A DNA stretch of 63,576 nt, filler included, from Collodictyon triciliatum (Eukaryota), in NCBI GenBank assembly GCA_043381765.1. It is 7 parts of 6 records of this genome, joined end to end, with 100 filler letters (N's around TTAATTAATTAA, not from the genome) between each part and the next. Parts side by side here need not be neighbours in the genome. Positions count along the whole stretch, not along the records: positions 13,146 to 26,172 come from JBHJMP010002067.1; positions 26,273 to 39,273 come from JBHJMP010002068.1; 5 more parts are not named here. One strand, 5' to 3'. Each line of letters starts with the position of its first letter. Position 1 is the first letter of the stretch. Below the pieces are notes generated by a model. That model saw only the letters and a list, made by a program, of their open reading frames with translations. It did not search any database and had not been told where the DNA came from. Below are positions 13,146 to 29,163 of this stretch, one piece after another. A program made the translations under genes and the position numbers.

Positions 13146-16100
13146 AAAATACACACACCACCTTCCCCATCGCATGGAATACAGTCACTGAGCTTTAAAT
13201 TTACAGATTTTGACCCTGTTGGAAAGTGTGATTTAAAAGATCATTATTTCTGATTAATAACTATTCATGTTTTCATAAATCAAAATCTACAGTTAAATAT
13301 TTTACATGGTATTTACCGTAATATTCTAAGTCCTTAATCATTTTATTATTAGTGCTTCCTCCAAAAGACACTAGTTGTTTATTAAAGAAGAAAGCTCCTC
13401 CAAACGAACGAGAGTGATAACTCTCACTGACAGGAAAATGCATCCACTCATCTCTATCTATGTAATTAACAATAGCATCTCCTTTATATCATATTGTAGT
13501 TTGCATACATCGTAAAAATATAATAAATTTTTTTCAATTAAATGACATACCTGGTTTGTATATAAAAGAGTGCTTCAGAAGCACACCATTTTCCTAAAAA
13601 AAAAAATGATGGTCAATGTATATAATTTATGAAATAGGAGTTTGACTATTGGCTTCATTGATAATTTTACATTTTCACCCCCAATGATTATAATTTCTGT
13701 TCCATTCCTAATACACTGAGCTCCAATGATAATCATGGGAAATCTTCCTTTTTTTGTCCACGTTTTATCTTTTGGGTTGAAAAAGTAGATGTGATTATCA
13801 AAATGGCTTGTCCTTCCCCCAATCAGAACTCCGTATGAACCCATAGAGACTGCACAACTATGAACTCTTTTGGAAGGCACTTCCCCAAAAACCTTAGTCT
13901 TGTTCCACACAGATAACACTATGAAGGATTGCGTACCATTAAATGAGGTTTTCTGGAGAAAAATTAAAAAAATGTGGTTATATTAATGTACTCCTCTAGT
14001 CAAATAAGAGAATATATATTTTACCTGGGGAGTCTGTTTGAAACATATAATGCATGTCGTGATAGAAATCAGTTTCCTGAGGATTGGTTGATGTGCTTCC
14101 GGCCGTGAGGTAAATTTCAGCCCCGAAAACAAAAGAGCTCCCAAATACAAAAGGAGGAAGACCTGTACTGAGCTCCACAGATTCAGATTGATGTATATCT
14201 GCATCCACTATTGATAAATTAATTTTAGATAAAAATCAAAAGAAAAAAGAATCCACTAACATATATGTTTCTAACCTATGGCTTTCAAAACTCTCTTCTC
14301 TTGAGATTGAACGCATTTCATCTAAATTTATAGTTAATAATAATATTTGCACTTTATTTTACCGAACTCTTACAAAAAAAAAATTATTTTGATGAGGATA
14401 ATGCGTACTTGATTATCCTTTTCTTGCATATGATTTCCCAGGCACGGGACACATTCATTACGAAAGTTGATGTATTTCCCTGATGAACATACACACCCAC
14501 CAAGGTTGGCAGAAAAACCGAATGGACACTCTTTATTTGGAATTTTAAATTAACAGATGTATTTTCCCTACATTATATGATATCAATAAAATCTGTTTTG
14601 GGTGTCATCAAGATTGAAAATCACTGAAAAGTTTAATCGAGAATCCGTCGCTGGTGTCTGCATCTGCATCAACTTGGAAATTAAGGTAGAATAAATCCGA
14701 GTGAACCTCAATAGATTCTCCTGATTTCATTGATTGCAATGATACCTGAAATAATTCGTTAGGTCATACAAACTGACTTTTTATCATGATTCGTACACAC
14801 TTGACTTATAGTCCCGTTTCCCCTTCGAAAGCCACTGCCACACTTATCAACTGCATACAAGGTTAGAGAGGCACCTCCTACTATAGCCATATTCTCGACC
14901 TAAAATAAAGATTTATTATTTAATGGATATAATTCAAAATGACCATGAATTATATACTCACAACGATGAAGTTTGTGTTTGAAATAATCCAAGTGCAATT
15001 CGTCCCAGGAAAATAAAAGAATTCTCCGCTACCGTCAGTCAATGTTTTATTTGAGTTTGTAGCGTATGCGAGCCCATTACACCAGAGCTTGCCTATAAAA
15101 AAAATTCACAAGTTTTTCGTTATTTCTTAAAAAATGTGAATTTTTTAAACTTTCGAAATGTGTTTAATAGCGATATAATCAACAAAAATTCTTATGAAAC
15201 CTAAATCAAGGGCATATATTCCGTTAGTTTGTCCTTTGCTAAAGGTACTCCACTGAGTTAATCCTCCAAAAACCAAAGCCTTATCCAGATTTGTGGTCAT
15301 TGATGTATAAAATCTCCCGACGGCCGATTGATTTAGAGTCTTAATCTCTTTCCAAGTAGACTTTTCCACTGATTTAAATAATAAAAATTGTTGGTTAAAA
15401 TATGTTCTTAGCTCATTACACAAGGTTTGTTGATTATTCGATATGTACTATTTAGATTTTATTACCTGTTCCCATCCAGAGACTGTTGGACATAGTCGTC
15501 AGGATTCCACTAAAAGAAATGAAATTCGAACGGAACCCAATCAAACTTGAATCTACGATTGCATTGTCTATTGTGGAAACTTTTTTCCAACTATTTTGAC
15601 CTGATAAAGTTGAACATAAAAAATAATAGTATCAGTTAAATATTGGCTATTTTTTTAATGCATTCTAAATAAATTCTGTAAATAATGGTGCACTTGCTTA
15701 CTATACCTTCATCAAAGCACCATATCTCTCTCGTTCCACTTTGTGTATTCAGGTAAGAAATATGGAAAAAGCAAAACTTCCCATTTATTACGATGCCTTG
15801 CTGATTGCTCCGAGTAGATGGTGTATTTTTTGAGTTTGAGAATTCTCTTCCCACCGTGTTTTCCATATCCAAAACATAAACATGGGTCGTTCCATAGGTA
15901 GAATTTGTGAAAGTTCCTGACCATAGATACAGCTTGCTTCCTATGAAAGCGTTTGCCGTACCATTTAAACTTCCCGCTATCTGGTAAAATAGAGAACTGG
16001 CTTCAATGCGGTACCATTTATTTGTTTCTAGATAAAAATGGAATTAATAACCTTTAGACACAATTTCAGCATAATTCATATTTCCTTCGTTATAGATAAT

Positions 16101-18682
16101 TTGAATAAAATATAAAATTTATCATTCGTATCGTCCAATAAGTTAGTACTTAGACTGAATTTCATCATTATAGGTGATCTGTACTCTTCAAAGTAGCCTC
16201 CGATCAAAAAGAGCGTACTATTCCAGTAACTAAAAGCCTTTAAGAAAATCATGAGAACTTGTTGAATAAAATAAAAAGCATAGGATATTTCGGAATTGAT
16301 TTGAGTTATTTTGCAATTAATTAGGGTTTTCTGGCTTTAAATCGAATAGAGGAAAAGAATTACAGCTTTCTGAACAGAGGGAGCGCATGATGTTGCGTTC
16401 GGATAGCATATAGACTCCTGGACCAACTTCTTCCACTCGTAATTTTCTGTAAAAAAAAGTGATATTTAATTAAAATATTGAAAATTTACAAATAAACTTT
16501 GAAAACATACCCATATTCAATACCCATAGGTCGTTGATAGGTTGATATTTGTCTTGGCAAATATCTCCACCGAAAACGGCCATTTCTTTTCTAGAGATAA
16601 TTGCAACATGTGGATCTGTTCGACCCAGTGGATATTTTGATAATGTACTCTGAGCCCAATTTCTCTTCTCTGGTTTGTTTATTCATTAGTTTTGATGAGG
16701 CATTAAAATAAGGAGCTGTTCAGAATTATTATGTAAGAAAGTTACCTATATCAAAGACCCATACGTCATTCTGCGAGCACAAAGAGGTACCACCAATAAC
16801 AAAGAATTTTTTGTCAAAAGCAACTGAGGATGTTGAGAATCTCGAAGATGGACTTTTGATGGGGTAACTTGTCAAATAATTTGGATTACTTTCATTTCTT
16901 TTCAAAGCCTCATACGTATCTGTTTCAGTTTAAGATGTGTGTTAAGAATGATATGTATGATTAATCATATTAATAAATGAAAATAAAATAAAATTAAATC
17001 AGGAAAAGTGAATCTGAATATCTATTGATTATCAATGGCGGCAAACCCAAATTAATGATTGTGAAATTGCTGGAAAACTTGCTCCAGGAGACATCAAGAA
17101 CCCCACCAAACACGTACATATGGTTTCCATGAATAGCTGCTGACCCAAAATTCTCTGAGTAGGTGCCATTCAAACTGATGGTGTTTTCCCATAAACCTTT
17201 TGCTGTTTAGATAAAATATTACTCAATTTAAATTATCATGTTGAAATTTTGAATATTTTTGTATCAATAAAATTAGAATCAAAATTACTGATGTTGAATC
17301 TCCACAACTTTGAAGATAACGCATAGGTAGTGTAACCTATTCCTACATATTTTGTGCTTCCTCCATACAAGATTAAGGTGTCTTTGTATATACCAGCATA
17401 AGGGCTGAATGTGTCTGGGGAGTGGCGCATGTTATCCTTATCCGTCACTATTTTATTCCACTTTTTGGACGCTAAAATACAAAAACGTTTAGATAAAATG
17501 TTAAGGATTAGACGAATTAATTGAGTTATTATTTAATCATTTAATTGAATACTTGTATTGTAGAACCAGAGGTCTGTAGATTCAACTCCGACGTTTCCTC
17601 CAAACATGAAAATATTGTCTTTGTACGATGTGCAACTCATCAATATTCTGATATAGAAATCAGCTGGTGCCTCATAGTTCTCTTTTTCCCAAGCATATGA
17701 GTTCAAGTCCAAGGAGTGCAATAAGTTTGTTCCTCGATTGATTTTTGCCAAGATACCGCCAAAGAGGTACAGCTTCAAGTATTATTGTATGAAACGCGAT
17801 TAAGTTAAAAATAGTGCTGTTTAAATATCATTTCTTAATAAATATCGATAGATATATAATTGATATAAAGTATATATCGATATCACTTTATACAAAAAAC
17901 AAGTAATTTTCAGAACTTTTAAATTTAATATTTTACCTTATTGTTTGCAATAGCTGTGCAAAATTGCCTGCGCCTCACAGGAAATTCCCCACTTGTTTTT
18001 CTCCACGACCATTCCAATGTTTCTGATAAGAAAAAGAAAGTATTACCCAGTTGTTAAATAACATCTTAGGTAAATACATAATAATGGAATTGATGTGAAA
18101 TAATGATAAAAATTATAAAACAATAGTATTAATATCTAAAATGAAATGCGGTTGTGATGAATCAATAAGATAAATACATCATAACCACAAGGAATTTTTT
18201 GTATTTTACGATGGAGTTGAATTCCATGAACATCCAAATAATATAGAAGCAGTATTATATACCTCCTTCCAGAATCCATATTCTGTCATAAACTGGAGGG
18301 TCTTGAAGGTATTCATGGTTGTAACTAATAAGATAAATTCATCAGAGAAAAGCTAGCATAAGTTATTAGATATTAAACATTAAATATTAAATATTATCCC
18401 CGTACTATTCCCCGACAACGTAAATCGAGCCATTGAGGGATGAGGCACTGACTCCTCTCATCTCAAGTGGGTATCTTGCGGTATATTCCCATCCTTTCAA
18501 TATTTGAGTAGTACGTTATATAGTTTGGTCCTTCATTACATACCCACATAGAGTATTTTGAAAGAAAGGTAAACTAGGAATAATATACCTTTAAACTCGC
18601 TACAGTGAGCAGTGTTTGCCATCGAGGCAATCAACACAAACCACAATTTTAAGATAAACCAAACAATAACTTCCTTTTCCAT
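13146..18682 (-). CDS. Large secreted or surface multi-Kelch (beta-propeller) protein with an internal Cys-rich module; spliced; 3'-truncated at the spacer
   Basis: Starts MEKEVIVWFILKLWFVLIASMANTAHC (signal-peptide-like). Many Kelch motifs: KLYLFGG..LDLNSYAW, IFMFGG..DLWFYN, LILYGG..KLWRFNI, MYVFGG, FFVIGG..NDVWVFD, AVFGG..NDLWVLN, ALVFGG, VLIGG. Cys-rich CPFGFSANLGGCVCSSGKY..ECVPC at about 14440-14530. Confidence 0.85.
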
Positions 18683-18908
18683 CTCCACAGCCTAAAATCC
18701 TTTGGATAGAAAAGTTTAACTTTATCTCTACGAGTTGCTAAGGAGGATACTAGTCTTGTTATCCGAAAGCTGGAAAGTCCAACAAATCCTTTGGCAAAGG
18801 ACCTGTAATCCTTATTATGAAAGCTCACAAAAACCTTTATACGAACTTTAATGGATTCAATTTTTATTCTACTCCATTTTTCTTTTCCTTTTCTGCTTTT
18901 TTAAGGAA

Positions 18909-19397
18909 TTTGTTGTGTTTTGTTGTGTTTTGTTGTGTTTTGATTGTGGTTGATTGTGGTTGATTGTGTTTTGTTGTGTTTTGATTGTGTTTTATTATTG
19001 TGATTGATTTTGTGTTTTATTATTGTGTTTTATTATTGTGATTGATTTTGGTTGATTTTGGTTGATTGTGTTTTGTTGTGTTTTGTTGTGTTTTGTTGTG
19101 TTTTGTTGTGTTTTGTTGTGTTTTGTTGTGTTTTGTTGTGTTTTGATTATGGTTGATTGTGGTTGATTGTGGTTGTTGTGTTTTGATTGTGCTTGATTGT
19201 GTTTTGATTGTGTTTTGATTGTGTTTTGATTGTGTTTTGATTGTGTTTTGATTGTGTTTTGTTATTGTGATTGATTGTGTTTTGTTATTGTGATTGATTG
19301 TGTTTTGATTGTGTTTTGATTGTGTTTTGATTGTGTTTTGATTGTGTTTTGATTGTGTTTTGATTGTGTTTTGATTGTGTTTTGATTGTGTTTTGCT
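18909..19397. repeat. About 490-nt 10-mer minisatellite (TTGTGTTTTG / TTGATTGTGT variants)
   Basis: Seen directly, upstream of the Kelch gene. Confidence 0.95.
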
Positions 19398-19488
19398 ATT
19401 GTGACTGATTGTGTTTTATCGTGCATGGTATATGCAAGGCATTTTGAAGACACACGAAGATGGGGAAGTCACGAGCCATTCAGTGTCC

Positions 19489-19635
19489 GATGTCTGCTGT
19501 ATTTGACATGTCCAAGCCGGCGAACCTTATCTGCTTTGTTTGCCTCTCCCCCGCAAGGCACAACCCGGGCAGTCGCAGTCTCCAAAGTCGCCACCAAGCC
19601 AGGGCGAGGCAGGCTGGTATTCTTGTGGCTGATGC
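19489..19635 (+). pseudogene. Possible decayed PHD finger
   Basis: One frame reads DVCCI*HVQAGEPYLLCLPLPRKAQPGQ...GWYSCG*C. This has PHD-like spacing, but two stops and several lost ligands. Confidence 0.3.
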
Positions 19636-20828
19636 TTCTCGGTTCAGAAAGAACGTGAAAGGAAACTCAGTGACAGGAAGAATCTCCGGATTGACAGCTC
19701 TGACAGTTTTCATTTCTGGAATTTATCTGTCGTGTCTGTTTTTTATTGGCTTGCTGTCCATACTTCGTCGCAATTAGCTTTTGGTATGAAATATTTCGTC
19801 GACGAATTGGTTGATGCGCATATCTTAACTTGGAATATAGATGTGGATCATTTGATTAATTATATGTAATTCAGTACATTTATGTCAAATGGGTATATAA
19901 TTGGCATAAATTCTTGAAATTAATATATATTATAATATAGTCGACAAGCAAGGATTTGTCAAATATCGAGGCAGAGGTTTATTTATTCGGTACGAGGGTA
20001 TACAAGCCATGCGGGCAATATTAATCACTTCGGTTTCTGATGTAAAATGTGATGCGACACAGAGCGAACCGATTCTTCGATCACTTCTCAAAAAGATTCG
20101 GGAAAGAGCAGCAACCACCAATCATGCGCATCACAGTGCTTGGGATGCTTTCAGTCTTTTAAGAGCCAACACCGACACGTGCCAGTAAGATCGAATTTTA
20201 TCACTTGGCGTATATGCGAATATGGCTTCAGTCTTTGAGGAAATGTCCCAATCTTCGTNNNNNNNNNNNNNNNNNNNNNNNNNNNNNNNNNNNNNNNNNN
20301 NNNNNNNNNNNNNNNNNNNNNNNNNNNNNNNNNNNNNNNNNNNNNNNNNNNNNNNNNNNNNNNNNNNNNNNNNNNNNNNNNNNNNNNNNNNNNNNNNNNN
20401 NNNNNNNNNNNNNNNNNNNNNNNNNNNNNNNNNNNNNNNNNNNNNNNNNNNNNNNNNNNNNNNNNNNNNNNNNNNNNNNNNNNNNNNNNNNNNNNNNNNN
20501 NNNNNNNNNNNNNNNNNNNNNNNNNNNNNNNNNNNNNNNNNNNNNNNNNNNNNNNNNNNNNNNNNNNNNNNNNNNNNNNNNNNNNNNNNNNNNNNNNNNN
20601 NNNNNNNNNNNNNNNNNNNNNNNNNNNNNNNNNNNNNNNNNNNNNNNNNNNNNNNNNNNNNNNNNNNNNNNNNNNNNNNNNNNNNNNNNNNNNNNNNNNN
20701 NNNNNNNNNNNNNNNNNNNNNNNNNNNNNNNNNAGCGTCAGAATCGAAGACACTATTTAAACTGCCCCACTCGCCAACTCACTTTCGACGTCTTGTCTCT
20801 GTGGCTGTTGTTTCTGTCGCTCAGGAAT

Positions 20829-21780
20829 ATGAGCCGCAAGTCAGCCAAGCGCACCCGTGAAGAAAACATTCCCGAGGCCTCACCCGCTGCCCTCCAAGTG
20901 AAGAAGACAAACTATGACTACAAGACCATCCATGGTGCTGCCTCCTTCAAATCACTTCGTTCGAGATGTGTTCTTAAGCTATTTGCGTCTTAGAACGTTC
21001 GTGGATATGTTATTGTCAGAAAGATTCATGTTCTAATAATCGCCGCGCAGAAAATACCATTGGAAAGCTCTTTCAAGCTGCCGCCAAGACGCAGGATCAG
21101 CTGCAGGAGAATCAAGCACCACGTTCGAGTCTCATCCTGAATCAGACGCTTGGTCGCAGAAACTGTAACCTCTGTGTTGCGGTCAGTCCCTTCACTTTTC
21201 ACTTTTCACTTTTCACTTTTCACTTTTCACTTTTCACTTTTCACTTTTTTCTCTTTTCTCTTTTTCTATTTTTTTTTCTTTGGTGGTTATCCTTTTCAGT
21301 GTCCGTATATCATACATATTGAAGATATCATAATTTCTCTTGGATGCACGAACCAAGCGCTTGGCTATAATCTCAATATCATGTGTATTTTTTAAGTTAT
21401 TGCAAATGGTTCCTGGTTTAACAAATAAATCGAGTTTCTTATGTATCCCTTTGTAATCAGTCAATAATTCATCATTTTCAGATTTTTCAAATGGAATGAT
21501 TATTCATTGATATTTATCGATTATTATGCACAGAATTCCTCCACCTCTATCAAGTGCGCATCATGCTTCATCACCATTTGCCGCAGATGCAACGTACCAT
21601 GCGAAATGTGCAACCAATCGTTCTGTAACACTTGCGTGGTGACAAAGTATACTATCTTCTTGCTATTGCTGTTGCCTTTGTTTATGTTTTTGTTATCAGA
21701 TAACAAAGGAATATACACACAAAACATCACCAGTAAATGCATCCAAAATACCCAAGATTGACAGTAGAAGGTCAAGTATA
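20829..21780 (+). pseudogene. Disrupted gene with an F-box-like segment and a Cys-rich segment
   Basis: MSRKSAKRTREE.., then frameshifted LPPSNHFVRDVFLSYLRLRTFVDMLL, then CNLC and CASCFITICRRCNVPCEMCNQSFCNTC. The reading frames are broken. Confidence 0.3.
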
Positions 21781-22315
21781 CTCAAGTAACGTATTCATTA
21801 ATCACCTTATCTATGATTTTTACCCCCTCGCACTAGTTACTCTCAAGAAAATGATATACAAGTATGCATCGACTGTAATCGAACCATTTGAACATAAAGA
21901 TGACCAACGCCTTGAACAAATTCATCATCTAACGCAAATAAACCCAATATCTCTGTCATTATTATCGCATTCGCTGATGGGCATATGACTTTTCCAATAA
22001 TAATAATAATAAAAATAAGAAAAAAATTACATATTATCCCATTTATAAATATTGTGGGGCGAAAAGAAGCATGAACTCGCTCGAATCTTAAAAATATTGC
22101 CGGTAATTAGACAAAGTACAGGATAAAGTTACTATTTTATCATATCTGCTCAATAAAACAAAGTGTTCAACAATCGCATTGCCAAGAAAGCTTCGTAATT
22201 AGGGCACGATTTTTTTGTTTTATTTTGTGGATCATGGTTTGTGATTTATCTGTTTGAAAAAGCAGACGATTGAATGGAAAAAAGAAAAGAAGACCTTATG
22301 AAAACGTTGAAAGTA

Positions 22316-26000
<3,685 letters not shown>

Positions 26001-26073
26001 CATAGGTCTTATTGTTTAAATATGGTCTAAATATTAAAACTATACAATCGGTTCGATTTACGACATAATTGAT

Positions 26074-26172
26074 TCATACATACATACATACATACATACA
26101 TACATACATACATACATACATACATACATACATACATACATACATACATACATACATACATACATACATACA
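26074..26172. repeat. (TACA)n microsatellite at a segment end
   Basis: Seen directly. Confidence 0.95.
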
Positions 26173-26272
26173 NNNNNNNNNNNNNNNNNNNNNNNNNNNN
26201 NNNNNNNNNNNNNNNNTTAATTAATTAANNNNNNNNNNNNNNNNNNNNNNNNNNNNNNNNNNNNNNNNNNNN

Positions 26273-26555
26273 TTCCTTTTTCCTTTTTCCTTTTTCCTTT
26301 TTCCTTTTTCCTTTTTCCTTTTTCCTTTTTCCTTTTTCCTTTTTCCTTTCTCCTTTTTTCCTTTTTTCCTTTTTTCCTTTTTTCCTTTTTTCCTTTTTTC
26401 CTTTTTCCTTTTTCCTTTTTCCATTTTCCATTTTCCTTTTTCTTCGCTTTTCTTTTTCCTTTTTCTTCGCTTTTCTTTTTCCTTTTTTCCTTTTTCCTTT
26501 TTCCATTTTCCTTTTTCCTTTTTCTTCACTTTTCTTTTTCCTTTTTTCTTTTTTC
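26273..26555. repeat. (TTTTTCC)n-type pyrimidine repeat at a segment start
   Basis: Seen directly. Confidence 0.9.
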
Positions 26556-26626
26556 TCGTCGATACTTGCGAAGTTTAGCTTAGCGTATTGAATGCTGCAG
26601 AGTAAGCCATTAAACGGAACCAATAG

Positions 26627-26925
26627 ATATCAAGACGTTCTGCAACTAGTCCTGAACAAAGGGTATAAGGAAGACCAGCTCCGAAACACGATAGAAGACT
26701 ACGAAAGACTGGACGTCTGGCAGCTCAACAAACAGGTGACTGTTTCATGAAATACATATTTCCCCTCCATGATGTTTTGCCAGAAATTCTCTCTTTTGAG
26801 CGGGGTTGACCCGAGTCGATTGCTTATGGCTTTTCTCATTCACGCTCATTTATGCATGTGTACAAATGCTTATCCTCTCTTATTTGTAAATTATGCAGAG
26901 GACACACTTGACGTTTGTTGTGTAA
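26627..26925 (+). CDS. MCM7: Last two exons of DNA replication licensing factor MCM7
   Basis: Exons 26627-26735 and 26899-26925 splice to YQDVLQLVLNKGYKEDQLRNTIEDYERLDVWQLNKQ|RTHLTFVV*. This matches the MCM7 winged-helix end (G.....F...LDEYEELNVWQVN..RTRITFV). Confidence 0.8.
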
Positions 26926-27165
26926 AGATTCTGCGATACCTCCAACCAGACAAATCTTGTGAAGAGAAGGAAGAATACCATCAGTTCGCTCATCTCTCGT
27001 TTCACTTTACTTTGTTTTTTCTGCCTTTTTTTTTCCCTCCTATTTTTCTTTTCATTCTGTCGCAAAGAAGAGTTTAAATAGTCTGCCTTTGTTTGTGCGT
27101 GTGGTTCCATGAAAAATACAATCCATGTCCACCTGGCAATAAAATCATTAAATGAAGAATTGACT

Positions 27166-29119
27166 ATGTTGGGATATCCACCCAAGTGCCAGATGTGATA
27201 ACATCTACAAATAACAGGCAACATGATTTTCATGCTGAGTTCGCGAGTGCACTGTAATTTCTTTCACCTACCATACCAAACAACTTGCGTTTTCTTTCGT
27301 ACTTACCTTCTTTATTATCTCCTTTGTAAGTACAGCTCGATGGTTAAAGATTTGCTCATATCAAAGTACTTTTCTATTCAGAAAGAAGTCTGCCCGCTTC
27401 TTTCAGATTTTCATTTCAATTCCGCTATTTTCTTTATTGGTTCCCTTGGTCATATGAGACAGAACGTGTTCCACCAGCGGATTAACATATTCTATTTAAA
27501 TTCCTCCATTCTTGTTACTTTTCTACATATTATTATTATTATTATTGTCATCATCATCATCATCATCATCATCAGAAAAAGAAGCGCAACAAGGAATCCA
27601 ATGTCAAGACAAGCAGCGTATATGCGTATTTGCACTTTATGATATAACGCATCACACAGGAAGGGAAAAGCAGGAAGGAAAAGCCGACGCACCTTCGTCG
27701 GACTGCGTGGGAACTGCGGTCATCGGGGCAGCCGCACATAGTGTGTGTTGTCCTTTTCTTTCANNNNNNNNNNNNNNNNNNNNNNNNNNNNNNNNNNNNN
27801 NNNNNNNNNNNNNNNNNNNNNNNNNNNNNNNNNNNNNNNNNNNNNNNNNNNNNNNNNNNNNNNNNNNNNNNNNNNNNNNNNNNNNNNNNNNNNNNNNNNN
27901 NNNNNNNNNNNNNNNNNNNNNNNNNNNNNNNNNNNNNNNNNNNNNNNNNNNNNNNNNNNNNNNNNNNNNNNNNNNNNNNNNNNNNNNNNNNNNNNNNNNN
28001 NNNNNNNNNNNNNNNNNNNNNNNNNNNNNNNNNNNNNNNNNNNNNNNNNNNNNNNNNNNNNNNNNNNNNNNNNNNNNNNNNNNNNNNNNNNNNNNNNNNN
28101 NNNNNNNNNNNNNNNNNNNNNNNNNNNNNNNNNNNNNNNNNNNNNNNNNNNNNNNNNNNNNNNNNNNNNNNNNNNNNNNNNNNNNNNNNNNNNNNNNNNN
28201 NNNNNNNNNNNNNNNNNNNNNNNNNNNNNNNNNNNNNNNNNNNNNNNNNNNNNNNNNNNNNNNNNNNNNNNNNNNNNNNNNNNNNNNNNNNNNNNNNNNN
28301 NNNNNNNNNNNNNNNNNNNNNNNNNNNNNNNNNNNNNNNNNNNNNNNNNNNNNNNNNNNNNNNNNNNNNNNNNNNNNNNNNNNNNNNNNNNNNNNNNNNN
28401 NNNNNNNNNNNNNNNNNNNNNNNNNGGCATGTTGAATGTGGAACGCATCGTAGCCGGCCAGGCGAAGACCAAAAGACAGCAAAGCGGGTTTCTGCGGGTC
28501 ATGATATTGGATTGACGCAGTAGCCGGGTTTTCGTCAGAGTAGACGGACGCGGTGACCATTAAAGAAGGGTCGATGGAGTGCGCCGTTATTGTGCCGGCC
28601 ACCGTGATTTCCTCGGCGGGTGTTGCCCATAGAACATTCGCCCCAGTCTCGGGGACGTGCAGGTCTCGCTGCCAAATCGTGAAAGTCTTTGAGCTCTGGA
28701 TTCTTTCGCCCGTCTCGCTGAGGCCGCGAACAGTGACCATGTGCATCTGGCCAAGTGTGATGTTGAGGTTTGCCTTGCGGAATGTCGCACTGAGTCCCGT
28801 CCGTGTGTATGGGATTACAGACTCTGGATTGCTTTCTGTCCCAACTGCAACTTCAAAGTACTGCATCCGCCCGATGTAGTCTGAGGCAAGCTGCCAGGTC
28901 ACAGCGGTGTTGAGTGCGCTGTCCATTGATATGGAGATGGAGCTGATGGATGAGGCCTCTTTTTGTTTTTTGTTTTTTTGAAAGGATTCGTGAATGAAGA
29001 GAATGAAGAGAATAATGTAGTATTTTTTGAAGTCCATATGATTATATTATTGTTGATGCTTATGCGTAGTTGGTTAGTTGCAGAAGGTCTGCATATGCTT
29101 TTATTCGAAAAAATGGGAG

Positions 29120-29163
<44 letters not shown>

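Noticed and set aside
17842-17891. AT-rich inverted repeats in a Kelch intron
   Set aside because: Low-complexity palindromes are expected by chance, and there is no second copy or TSD.
6890-18682. Kelch gene as the ectodomain of the kinase-cyclase-kinase gene
   Set aside because: They are separated by a spacer and by an intervening TPR gene with its own stop, so no linkage is supported.
18909-19397. TG-rich 10-mer as a telomere repeat
   Set aside because: It is internal, degenerate, lacks G-runs and is flanked by ordinary sequence.
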